64,000 bases of DNA from Takakia lepidozioides (Eukaryota > Plantae > Bryophyta). The position numbers and the translations under genes were made by a program. Below, one piece after another: positions 51,871 to 64,000 of the stretch. The stretch is taken from positions 67,394,001 to 67,458,000 of the forward strand of contig CM060732.1 of assembly GCA_030704615.1 (NCBI GenBank), in the 5' to 3' direction. Positions within the stretch are counted from its first letter, which is position 1, and each line of letters starts with the position of its first letter. Below the pieces are notes generated by a model. The model worked only from the letters and a program-made list of their open reading frames with translations, did not search any database and was not told where the DNA came from.

Positions 51871-53538
51871 ATGTGACAGGGTTAGAAAAGCTGTTTTAGC
51901 TCGTCCATGTTGACAAAATTAGGCTTCCAATGTTCAACTGGAGCTTTTTCATCGGGAGCCTAATTTTGGCAAAATTTTGGATTTTTACCCCATAATTCCT
52001 TTGTACAAGTACCATACATTGCTGTCAGATTTGACGGCACGGTGCCAAAATAATTATTTTTTGGAGGCTGAGTCCATTGGGCACCTCATATTTTATACTC
52101 CAGGTTTCGGCAGTTTAGGATTGAAATTTTATCGCCACCTGCAATACAAGCTTGCGGTATGAGCTCCGCATCTTTAGAGGCCGCACGCGGCCTCTGAGAT
52201 TTTGAGATTTTCCAAATTTTCTTATTTTTGGACAAGCTGAGTATGTAATACTTCTGGATTTTTAGACATATCACTTGAGTTAACTCAAAAATTTCAACAA
52301 CCCAAAATAAAATTAATTTGTGTCGAATCTGCCAGCAACGTAGGGTAGCTGACCCATTTTGCGGGTCAAAATTTGGCATCAGACAAAAAAAAAAAAAAAA
52401 AGTGCTCGCAACAAAGTTAGTTGTCGGCACAACTTCACGACTTAGTTGGTGGTATTGTGACAAAAGACCATGACTCACGAAAGACGACTTACTTGTATGA
52501 GAGGCTACTTACAGTTCCCATCTTTCTTTCTATGTCTGATACTGGTTCTGGATTCATCGATATGGTTCCTCTCCTCCTCAATCTTCTCCCCTGTATATGT
52601 GTTCTTTCCTTCTTAGTCCATGATCTGTTCTTTGGGCCCATCGGCCCGGAGTTTCCCAGTGTCCAGATACATGTACTCTTTCTTTCTAGAATCGCTAGAA
52701 CATTAATTGTGGTTTCTGGATTTGTTCCTCTCTCATGTTTTCATCCATTTTGTCCCATAAGCTCTACGAGCTTTCCGCGGACGTTATAAAGCACCATTTC
52801 ATTTCATTTCATTTCATTTCTTCCAGGCTCAGGTTCTCTTTTGCAGAGGTTCTCCTTCTCACTGTTCTAAGCACTACGATGTTTATTGAGGAAAAGGAGG
52901 CTCATTGATGTTCTCTAGGACCATTAGGCCCCTGACGGATGAGTTGCGACTTTCTTTCTTCGAGCTAGAGCCTTAGCTCGCTCGAGCATTATCGGGCCCA
53001 TCTCTCTTTGTCACTCCGATCCAACACTGCAATTCTAGTCATACTGCCTGTACATCCCTCACGCTTCCTATGATTTCTCCAGGATTTCACTAATAATCTG
53101 ATCCGAAGGACTACAATGTTACAAGGGTACAGCTCGGGTTTTCCTTCCTCTCCCAGACTCTCTAATTTAGGCACTACCACACAGGGGCACTTGCTCAGTT
53201 CAGGCCCAGTCAGAGCTCGAGACTGATAGTAATTGCGCTCACATGCTGTGGGGTCGCATGGCATTGCTACTGCTCACAAGAGTCCAGATAGCTCAGATAG
53301 ATAATCACAGACCTAATCTAGTAGGTGCGACTTATGAGAGATCATAGAACTAGAAACTAGAAGATGCTGCGTCGCACTTCAAAACTCAAGTCTTAGTTAC
53401 GCTAAAGTTCGTGGCAGCTTGTACTGGCACTGGCGGTATCTTTGTTTGTCCCATGAACACCTCCAGCAATTGAGAATTCTCTCCTTGAATTAGTGCGAAA
53501 TCGGATTTGCATGTAATAGTCGAATTTCTTAGAAAAGT

Positions 53539-56538
53539 ATGCAAGGCATTTCAGCGCTTGTTGGGGCGCTCCGAGTCTACAACTTCGAGGCCAAGGTATG
53601 GCGGCCCAAGGGTTTTAATGGGATCTTAATACGGAAGGCCCTAGGTGGGCTTTGCATTATTGTGACACTGATATTTTTGACAGTATCTACACAAGTCCTG
53701 ACTGCATGGCAACCACAATATTGCAAAAGTCAATCTGTGGAAGAAAGTTGTCGAAGGTACTGCACTATACTTCGAGTATCCACTGAGAATTTTCTATTAA
53801 GCTTCCAAACTAGGTGACTAGAAATGATGTACATCAGGACTGCTCTCTCGACTGCTCTTCGATTAGATGTGAAGACATCACCTTACAAGTATAGCACATG
53901 GGGTTCTCTAGTTATCTGTACTTGCGGCCTATTGATGCCGCAGTAGCAGTGCGAACTCTTCTCAGGTGAAGAGAACCGGCAAGTGGGTAGTAGTGCTTAT
54001 AAGAACATTTGTAACTACATTTCTCAACCTGCAATGTCCACCTTACTCGTCTCATGATATTTGAAGTACTGGGAGAACTACGTGGCCGCGCATTAGACAG
54101 TTTAGCATCTGAACAGTCTGAACGAGCCTCGATATTCAAGATATAGCACTCCACAGTGGTAGGTTTCAAGATATAGCGATAAAGAACTGCAGTAACGTCA
54201 CCATGCATCATTTTGCATCGAGAGAGAGAACGTTAGCGTAAGGGCCTCTTCCCCTTGCATACTTGCATACTTGTATCTAGCTAGAATTAATGTCATACAT
54301 CCAGTCTAGACGTCCATCAGTCTAGATGTCCAGTTTAATATCATACGTACGTAATAGATATGATCATTGTGATAGGAGCTAGACTGATGGAGTAAGGGTG
54401 ATTCGATTGGGTGAAGGTGCGGGCTTTTGCACCGTCTTACAGAGAGACAACCTGCACTACATAACAATGATCAATCACATGGAAAGATCGAAAATGGGGT
54501 CGAAGTGGGTGACGATGGGGGAACAGAGAAAATGATGGATTTGAGTGTGACCATCTTCAGCGCTCCCAAACCCTATACGGACGATCTACATGACCCGCAA
54601 CGACAAGCCTTGCTTTCATGGCTGCGGCTGAGACCCCGCCCTCAAGTGGTGCTCATTGGAGATGACCCATCTTTGCACAAAATGGCAAATGAGCTCTCAG
54701 GTAGCGTTCAGGTAGAGAGCATGATCGACTATAATCTGAATGGTGTGCCCCTCTTCAACTCCATGATGGCTCGAGCCCAGGCAGTTGACACGAACGTCTC
54801 AGTAATGATAAATGGCGACATAGTTTTACTGCAAAATTTTATGTCGTCCTTGCACAAGACTGCTGCCACATTTGATGATTGGCTTCTCACAGCTATGCGC
54901 TGGGACACGAGTCAAGACTTTCCCTTCACCTTCGTGCATGGGAGAAGCCTGGATATTGAAATACGTCATCGTACCACAGGCCGGTGCACAGAGTTGAGCG
55001 AGATTGAAGAATACGTGCGGTCAGCTGGTGTTCTACACACAGGTGGGGGTATGGATTGGTGGGCCTGGAACACCAAGAAAAGTGCTACGCCTCTACATTC
55101 TACTCCAATGCCACCCTTCACCTTTGGTCGGGGCCGCTATGATAACTGGATGATGTACCATATGATCGAGGAAGCACCCAGCACGCGGGCTGTGGTGGAT
55201 GCAAGCGAAGCCATCTTAAGTATCCATGTGAAACACAGCTACTCTCATCTGCGAGAAGGTTCCAATTCCTCTCAATACGTTCAATATCGAAAATTCTGGA
55301 CTAAAAACAAGCGGAAGCTTTGGGAGACGTATGCAAACATCTATTTGTCTCAAACAGTCGGCTCATTTGTCGGTGGTACGCTGCAGGGTTCAGTGTTGTA
55401 CGCACCATGGAAACTCATGACATGCTTTGAGCCCGCGCATCAAAATTTATGCATGGTCCGTCGGGTTCGACCTGGGAGTTGTTCATGTGAGTACACGCCT
55501 TCGGTCCAACGTAGCCAAGTTACGAGACATGACGATCATGGAGGAAGGAGAGAGGAGTGGGTCGAAGAGCCTTTTGAAATCGTCGCAACTCCCACTGTGG
55601 ACTCACCACTAGGGTTGCCACATACTTTGGAGCAGTTGCTCCCAAAGGTTGCCGATGACAGTAAAACAGTGGTGCTTGTGGCTGCAACAGCTGACTACAA
55701 GGAGCTGTTGCTCAGCTTCATTTGTCGGGGTAAGGCACTGGGGGTCAAAAATATACTTGTCGCGGCCCTAGATGAGGAATTATATGCCTACGCCTTCACG
55801 CAAGGACTCCCTGTCTACTATGAAAGCAGTGCAGCTGCTCTGATCGAGTCGAGCCCTCCTCATTGTGCTTTCGGTTCCGACTGTTTCAAGTCCGTTACGA
55901 AGGTGAAGTCTCAGGCAGTGCTACGAGTCCTCAAGTTGGGATACAATGTTCTTTGGAGTGATGTCGACATCGAGTGGTTCCAAAATCCGCTCCCTCACAT
56001 GATGGCTTTTGGGCAGAATACATTGCCAATTCAAAGCAATGAGCCCGATGCAATGTTGCCAGCAAATGGACCCTTCCGAATCAACTCTGGCTTCTATTTG
56101 GCGCGATCCGAGATACCCACCATTTCTGCTTTTGAGGAAATTGTGAAGCACGCATTGGCATCCAACAGGTCTGAGCAGCCGAGCTTCTACACTGTCTTAT
56201 GTGGAGACGAAGGAGAGACGACAGTAGGTGAAAAAGAATGCGTGTATGACAATGGACTCCGCGTCATATTCCTAGATAGGAAGCTGTATCCCAATGGTGC
56301 AGTTTATGACATTTGGGGAGAGAACAATGTGAGGCAAGCTTGTGAGAGTCAGGGTTGCATTATTTTGCACAACAATTGGATCAAGAGCAGAGCGGCAAAA
56401 TTGAGAAGACAAGTTGAGAATCGATTGTGGTATTACGACGTGGTAAACCGGATGTGTATTCACCCGTGGCACCCTTTAGCTCTGCAAGATCGATTCCATT
56501 TCCAGACTCAAGTCATGAAGAGCTTGAAGCTTGTCTAA
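53539..56538 (+). CDS. RAY1: RAY1-like beta-arabinofuranosyltransferase (GT77 nucleotide-diphospho-sugar transferase), type II membrane protein
   Basis: Open exon 54443-56538 encodes an N-terminal GT-like domain (TIFSAPKP, GVPLFNSM, INGDIVL) and a GT77 domain (VLWSDVDIEWFQNP, INSGFY, SEQPSFY, LHNNWI). Putative first exon 53539-53756 encodes a signal anchor; intervening small exon(s) are unresolved. Confidence 0.85.
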
Positions 56539-57788
56539 CGAATTTCATAGTACCAGGCATGCGAACTAGACAACTTTGGAGTCACCTTCCATATACGACT
56601 ACTCTTCTGAACCAGATTGCCTGTGTCTCTGAACTTGATCCCAGCTTGGCTGAATTCAACTTCCTCCTGTCTTACATGTTTGTGGCTTATACTGTAGATC
56701 GATTCAGTTGCACTGCTGCCATTTCACCATCGATTTCGCTTGTGTTGCATTATCTTACAGAAGATGTTAAAGCAACAGCATTTTGTAATTCTACTATTCC
56801 AATGAGCTCTTGAATGCTGCAGCCTTTTCAGATATTCAACACCTTTCAGGCTGATGAAATCAGCTACTATGGAACCGATAGTAGTAACAGATTGGATGCT
56901 CGACAACCCAATCTCAAGCCTAGTCCGTAGTACTTTCAGCAACCCGAGTACACATGGTATTAGTATGAGCCATGTTGGGCAGGTGCAGATCCAGCCCACC
57001 GCCGCCTCTTTACTCTTTCACCCAACATGCCATACCTTGAAGTCCTTTCTCTCCTTGATCAAGAGTTTTTTTCTGTTCAAACCTAACATGATTGATGAGA
57101 AGAATCTCTGCATTGCAGACGACTTGGAACCAGTTTTCCTGACCACTTGCAATTGGTTTGACAAAATATGCATATGTAATGCAAAAGGCTTTTGAAACAT
57201 TTTTATTTTCTATGGGAAACCATGTATCAATATATAAAGCGAGGTAGTTTCAGTGTTCTGTAGCGTTCGTTGAGATCTCCCCCAATCGCGGGCCCAGCCC
57301 TGGTGCCCTAGGAAAGCCCTCGGTGAGGAGGGGTGCGCACCAGCTTGGTCTCTTAATTTTTGGACCTGTGATGTGGGAGACATGGAATTTCAAGTACATA
57401 ACTGGTTTTGGTGTCTTATTATGTATTAGATAATGTCAATGTGGAGGAGCATTATCGAGAATAATCCGAGCGGCGAGTCTGCTGCGAGGATTATTTGAGA
57501 TTGCTTTGACGGATGGACATTATCTTACTTAATATGTCGGTATGGCTACTTGTCATCCAACGTTTCATCCAAATGGGTTTTCATCCGACGTATATGGAGA
57601 CACCTACATATGGAGACAATTATCGCTAATAATATCATACCTGATTCAGGAGAAAAAAACAGCCATTCGACTATTAAGGTACTTTTTAAGGTTTTTCCTG
57701 GCTGGTCTTGCGTCATCTAGAGGCTACTAATATAAACCGTCAGATCGTCGCATATATGTGTCATATCGATGGCCCATATCCAGTTGAT

Positions 57789-60192
57789 CGTAGCCGTTTG
57801 TAGTACAGTTGACCAACGGTGGGGAGACACCAGTTACGCTCTGGATCGGGTGCGGTGGAGCCCCTTCCACCCTACCGGAACGCAGGCTCGCCCTAACGGG
57901 CTCGCCACGTTCCTAGGTGGAACGGCCGTTCCATAGTATGTAAACGTTGCTTGAATAAAATCCTTTGCATTCTCGGTTGGCCTATACCTAACGCCCTAGG
58001 AGCAGTTGAAGATGGAAAGTAACCGAATTTGGGTGGCGTTCCATCCCGTAAGGTCACTCCTACCACCATTCCCCCATTTTCGCGTCTTTCCAGCATCGTA
58101 AAGCCCTATGAGATTTTTTCCTATAGCTTTATGGTGGCGGGTTATAGAGCAGAATCGAGGGTACCGTACTTACCTAGCTTATTAGGTACTTCCGCGCCTA
58201 ATAATTAATAAAAATGGAATATTATTAGGCAGATTCGTTTTTATTATTTAGGCACCTCACCGAGGTAATTTCCAAACATTAGGCATGTATTACAGTCGGT
58301 TCTGGATAAAATGAACAATTGTTTTTTACCTCCCTTAAAACCTATTGTTGAGGTAATTTTCTTTTCAAAAAACATAAAAACATTTTTTCAAGCAATTAGG
58401 CACTTCTCAGGAATTTTTTCCAAGTTTTAGGCATATTTTCCAAAAATGTTCTAAATTTAATTAGGCACTTGATTTTGAATTTGCCTAATAAGCTAGGTCA
58501 GTACGGTATTAGGGCCTCACACCTGAGCTCTCTCCTGGGCGTGTGAGCTGCCCCTGAGCAGGAGCTTACACGTAAGAATTGAGAACCCTGCAACGAGGGC
58601 AAAAACGTGTAAGGCTCATACAGCCGCTCATCTAACCTTGGATCTACGGCATACGCAGGGTTCCATCGGACTTTACGCAGGGTGAGGCATTATCCTGCGG
58701 GGCTCCTCGTATTACACGGCCTCGGTATTGGAAGTCCCGCGGGATAATGCCTCATCCTATACGTAAAGAACTAGCTCAAATTTCTTAGGGTATGTGGAGG
58801 GTACCTTACTTGGCGTAAGGTGCCATCCTCTCGACCTTACGCTTAAAGTTCCTCCTCAATCATGGCCGTAGATGAAAATTAATCCAATCCGTTTGTTCGT
58901 AAAGAAATTTGAGCATATTCCTTTACGCCGGGGTAAGGCCCTCTAAGGGGGCCTTCCTGAAACTCGGGCCGGCCTCGTGGCGGGCCCCTTATTTCAGGAA
59001 GGCCCTTGTCCGCGGGCCTTACCCTATACGTTAAAATCAGGTGTTGAGTATTCTGCCGCTTTTTAGACTAATTCTCAGGCCGAATCGACCACCCGGGGTG
59101 TACTGCCGATTCGGCATGCTGAATCGGCTAGTATTGCCGATTATGCACCCAGGGAGGCAGATTCCCAGGTATGTGTCATCAGCAATGAACCCACCCGCCA
59201 TTCCCTTGCAGCTCACCCCGGTTTATATCCAAGGGGTTCTGAATATAGGCAATCGATATGGGATATTTCAAGCCCAATGGTATTGCGTTTGGCGACCATA
59301 CTGGGGAACTGGGTCATGAACAACCAGATGTGACAGGCATCTGGTGGGATCATGGTGGATGGAGAATTAAAGAATTTGATGTAAATCAAATTCCCTGTGA
59401 AATTGAGAAGGAAAGATTGTCCAAACGATTCTTTCAGAGGTTCTTGGAATTGCCAGACGGTTGTAAAGAAAACATTCTTAAAAGAGTGCATGATGCTGAC
59501 CCTGAATGGGGTTTGGAGAAAGGAGTGATAAAGATTTATTAGGTGGCCTGTAGAGGAAGAGCACGTTGGTTACCAACACTAGTTTATGTGATAGCATTGC
59601 TATCCATTAAGCGAGTAGAGTTTGAAGGCTGGGAGGAAAGAAATGTGAATGTTTATACTCATATGCATGAAGAGCTTGTACTGGTAAAGAATTGGATTCC
59701 AAAGGATATTTTGTGGATCAAACTCACACCAAGAACAGCAGGCAGCCTGCCAAACGTGGTCAAGAAGGGGTTGGCTTATTGATTGTGAGATTATCAAACA
59801 AGGGTTTGCGGTATGAGCACAGCATGAATACTCCACAACCTGATTTTAAAGCCAGGGCCGGGTAGGGAGGCCTTGCCCACTGCCGCTTACAGGGCAGAAT
59901 GGGCCCTACCCGGCCTGTTCTCTAGTACTTTCCAGCAGCTTTCCAAAATCAGACAAACCAAAAGATGGGGAAGCAAAAAAGATGCCGCAGCGAGGGAAGA
60001 AGCCTAACTTAGAAGAAATTTGGGCGCCTAAAAGAAGGGACGCGTGGGGGATTTTTTTTTCAAGGAACGTTTACGCAGAGTAGTAAGGGCAGTAGGCCGT
60101 CACACGTTTGCGCCACGGGTCACTCGGGCTCCCCACTCGTTCCCAGTGGCTTAAACGTGTGACAGCCCTTGCGTGAGGCTCTTACCCTACAC
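57789..60192 (+). mobile_element. Head-to-tail and nested array of at least six double-hairpin mini-elements
   Basis: Units at 57789-57940, 57939-60192 (host), 58097-58572, 58571-58763, 58762-59030 and 59029-59927. Most show two inverted-repeat modules and share a CG with their neighbours. Confidence 0.75.
58164..58506. mobile_element. Tc1/mariner (pogo-type) MITE
   Basis: TIR ccgtact(t/g)acctagcttattagg, TA flanks and ttaggca repeats. Confidence 0.9.
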
Positions 60193-60542
60193 TTTTGGTC
60201 GCTTGAAATTCGTGAAAAATAGCAAAGTGGGCTTTTGTAGAACAATGACGGGGGATCTCCCAAACTGCAAGATCTCTCAATACATAGGGGATTGCACTTG
60301 GACTCAAATGACACTGGACACTTGGGCCAACAGCACAGTCTGGCAACGTAGTTTGTTTCTTTTGTAGGGTTGAGATGCCCCAACCGGCGGGCCAGCCCTC
60401 GTGCTTGGTACCGGTGGAAATGAGGTACACTGGTTTGGTCTCATGATTTTGGACTGTCTCCGGTGTGGGAGATATCGAATTTCAAGTACTTTTGGTCACT
60501 GGAAATTCGTGAGAAATAGCAGAATGGGCTGGAACAATGATT

Positions 60543-61887
60543 GGCCCTTCATTAGCACCATCACCGTGCCCGAAATCTCATTGCCGCCATTGTCAACATG
60601 ACCATTTCTAAAAACCATCCAGTCCACATATTCAAAGTCCGCACGCACACTGGCATTTATGGCAATGAGGAAGCACACCTACTTGCTCAACTTTGCGCCT
60701 CCAAACCCAAAGCGACCCCATACGACCCTATCCATATCGCCCATGCCCATACCCACCCCTTTTGGTTTATACACCCGTTCCAGACCCCCCTGCACCTAGA
60801 CCAATCCGTAATCTTCTGACCACTCTTACCCGGGAAGCAAATAAACAAGCTGCAGCTTCCATCAGCCACACTAAAGTACACAATAAAAAACAGACTCAAT
60901 CCAATGTACTGCACTACAAACTCTCAAATCACTCTTGGCTAACCAAAGTTACCACTGACGCACAAATCCGACAAGCACTCAAAATTCAGATACACCCAGT
61001 ACATGACATCAGCGCAAAACATATCTTCTGGCCGCATCTATTCTCATCCCCTACAGCCCATTATACTCAACTACTCACCAAACACGTGACACTTGGTCGC
61101 ACCTCCTTAGTCAATGTACGCACCCAATTATACATGGCCTTTATATCACATGTCATAACCACGCAATCTGGTATCTCCATAAGCTCTTTCTAAACCGTGT
61201 TGAAACCCGATGGTTCTCACTTATTAACGCTGGCACCTACCAAGGTCGGCCTCTATATCACACTGGTCTACAATGGTACTACCATGCATATGCACCCGAT
61301 CACCATGCTCCTGCCCCGCTAGGCCTTGCCCGGACATACTCCTTGTCCAGGGCCTACCCATTAACACCCTGCCACCCACCTCACCATCCCCACAACTCAC
61401 TATATACTTCATTGAATTTACATTCTGCCATGATCGATACCCCAATGACTCGATTATAGAAAAACGGCAAAAGTATGTCCCGCTTATCCTCGCAATCCGA
61501 CGACATAGCTGAAAAACCGACCCATGAACCGTCATCACCGCCGGTACTCGAGACGGTATTCATAACGCCAGTATCAACGACATACATGATAACTTCAAAA
61601 TCCCCATCTTCCCTATCCACAAATGTTTCAAAGCAATCCACATCACGACGCTCCGTTCCCTCACAGCTATTATCACCAACAAACGCCAATTGGAATCCGG
61701 CACTCCAAACACACCCTAGATCCCCCAGGGTACGCAGGGGTACCACAGATCACTCTATTTTCTACGGTCACCTGTGTGTCCCACATGATACATTTCTTTC
61801 TATAGGGCCCGCCCCCGAAAGGGGCAGTAGCCGCAAGGCGAAGTGGCTCTTAGTTACGCCCGCTTCGGCCGGAGTCTTCTCTCTCTT
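60543..61887 (+). mobile_element. 5'-truncated non-LTR retrotransposon with RNase H, zinc knuckle and RLE (Dualen/RandI-like)
   Basis: HIFKVRTHTGIYGNEEA (RNase H C-terminus), DTWSHLLSQC...CHNHA and PDILLV...IEFTFCHD......KRQKY..L (PD-D/ExK RLE). 3' end agtcttctctctct is also seen at about 49030-49110 and 33200. Confidence 0.8.
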
Positions 61888-62680
61888 TGGCCCTTCATTT
61901 GTCCTTTGTGCACGTGGACGTAAATGTAAATTAGGCTTTTTTTAAATATTGTCATTCACAATATTGCTTGTAGTGTCATTGATCCTAAACCGTGGGGTCT
62001 CGCTACGATTTTAGTACCGTTGGAAAGCCCTTGATGAGTAGGGGTCCACCGCTTGGTTTCACAAAATTTGGACATACGGGTCGAGACTTATGGAAGTATA
62101 AACAATTATGATCGCTAAAACAAATTGAACTAAATTACAAAATCAAGTGTTGGAAGGACACTTGAGGTTGCAGTTGGGCTTAGATAGAGGCCATGATTTT
62201 GGTAACGTTGGAAAGCCTTCGATGAGTAGGGGAGCACCGACTTGGTTTCACAAAATTTAGACTTACCACCCAAGAATTATAGAAATATGAACAATTTTGG
62301 TCGTTGAAAATTCAACTAAATTCCAAAATTAAATGTTGGAATGACACCGGAGGTCGCACTTGGGCCTCTACATGGGAGAAGCACTTGGATACATAGGAAA
62401 TTGCACTTGGGCTTAGATGGTCCTTCACATAAGAGACGCACTTGGATAGATAGCAAATTGCTCTTGGTCTTAGATTTCAATTCTTCACACATGGGCCACC
62501 GGCTCAGGCTACCCTAGTACTTATTTATAAATTGGCAAAAAAAGCCTTACCTCACTATGAAGATGGAACTTTACTCAGGCCACCACTTCAAATTAAATTA
62601 AATTATTTACATCCAGGTTGGTATTATAATTGGAATACCTCTTATGAGTACTCTAATACCATGGACCGGCTGGTGTTTAA

Positions 62681-63540
62681 CCCCTAATGGACGAGGCGAC
62701 CCGTTTCGGGTTGCATCAGGGTCGCGTCAGAAATCATCCACGATGGCAAATCCTTGGATAACCTTGGATGAAAAACTTTCTGAACGAAAGTTGTGCGCCT
62801 TGATGTCATGCACCTGCCCGTCTTTACGGCACCCTAAAATAATAAAAGCCCTACTGTCAGTAATTTTTTTAGTGTGGAGGGGTGCCCAAAATTGGTCGTC
62901 CCCTAGCTTTGACTTAGCGATGTGGCAGGCTGAAGGGGTGACAACAAGGCAATGACAACAAAGCAAAAGTACAAATGGAAACAAATGCAAATCTCCGCCT
63001 AAATTTTTTGTTAGAATTCTGAATTTCTTTTTGGAGGTAGTAGTTCATCATTCAAGGAATACTTTCACCGCAGCAATTGTGATTCCAAGGAAAATTCGAC
63101 CCGCAAGCCTGAATTGCATGTCATTTGAGCTTCATGGTATGTTTTGACCCCCCTGTTTTTCCATACAAAGCAACCTTATCAAGATTTTGGAATTCTGCTT
63201 TGAAATTTTGGGGCAACATGCTTTAGGTGCCACATAACTGGAATCTGGATGGGTCTTGTGAGGAAAAAATATTTTGTCGATCCAATTTCCTGGTCAAACC
63301 ATTTTTCCACTCTAAATTTGGAGTGTACCCCAAATTTTGGGCTTTGCAAATTTCTTATAATCTTCCAAACGACGCGGTGGAATGAGCTGAAATTTTCACA
63401 AAAGCTGGATGAAGTAGGTAGCCTCCCATTCATACGGTTCATCCCTGTGGATGTTAATTTCCCGTGTGATATACCCTCATCCGTGCGGGTATGTCCTGTT
63501 TTGGAGGGGGCCCACCAAAAACTGCCTCGTCCATTAGGGG
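62681..63540. mobile_element. Non-autonomous piggyBac element
   Basis: Perfect 17-bp TIR cccctaatggacgaggc, with TTAA at 62677-62680 and 63541-63544. Confidence 0.9.
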
Positions 63541-64000
63541 TTAAAAGTAATAATATTTCAATACCTGGACCCAGCTGGTATTTACAAAGGTAATACCAAC
63601 AGTGGTCCACTCCAGACCTCCAGACCACCCTATGTAGGACTCCACATAGTAGGGATGTTATAGCTACCTAGACTCCTGATCATACTGAGAGACCAAAGCA
63701 AGTGACAAGATGATATCTATTTAAGAACTGGGCTAAAAGGCCCAGAGGTCAAAATTACTCTTTTCAGTATGGTATTCTATGCCGCACAGATCTATTTTGC
63801 ACTCTTCCACTTACAAACTCATCATAATGAGTGGGACAGTAAAAAGACCCAAAAATCCCGAGACGGAACCCCCTTCGACCTACCCTGTCATCTCCAGACT
63901 CTTCCCCGCCAATGTAAGCTCTCTCTTTCTGGTCTTGAATACCTCCTCCAACCTCAGATTACAGCCATAAGGCCATGGTAGGCTACATCTATCAGCACAT

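Noticed and set aside
52456-53278. Possible solo LTR (tgtga...tcaca)
   Set aside because: The flanks (ggtat versus agagt) show no TSD, so the boundaries are unsupported.
56724-57200. Possible SWIM-finger fragment (WICTCP...IPC)
   Set aside because: The final His is missing and there is an in-frame stop; too weak to call.

Overview
Eukaryotic, transposon-dense land-plant DNA. Spliceosomal introns, PPR and NB-ARC relics and the mix of TE groups point to a non-seed plant, probably a moss (inference). Three apparently intact host genes are present: a 5-exon CoA-dependent acyltransferase-fold gene (12040-14812, -), a 2-exon GET2/G1IP-like ER insertase subunit (29957-31177, +) and a RAY1-like GT77 arabinofuranosyltransferase (about 53539-56538, +). 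The rest is mobile DNA and gene debris. It includes a ~10 kb MULE-like element with a SWIM/DDE transposase and a convergent Ulp1 protease gene, the left end of a second copy, relics of Replitron HUH, piggyBac and pogo transposases, an OTU relic, Dualen-like and RTEX/L2-like LINE pieces, tRNA-derived SINEs, a solo LTR, hAT/Tc1/piggyBac MITEs and tandem arrays. Three signals stand out. (1) At 57.8-60.2 kb, sequence-unrelated double-hairpin units share one terminal grammar (CGT...TACG) and form a head-to-tail, nested array, with solo copies at 32 and 51 kb. (2) The non-coding parts of the MULE are saturated with one short motif (AGTCY/RGACT), as in the VANDAL/VANC anti-silencing architecture. (3) Both MULE left ends abut the same ~24-nt hairpin-tail sequence. 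All calls come from reading and translating by eye; no searches were run.
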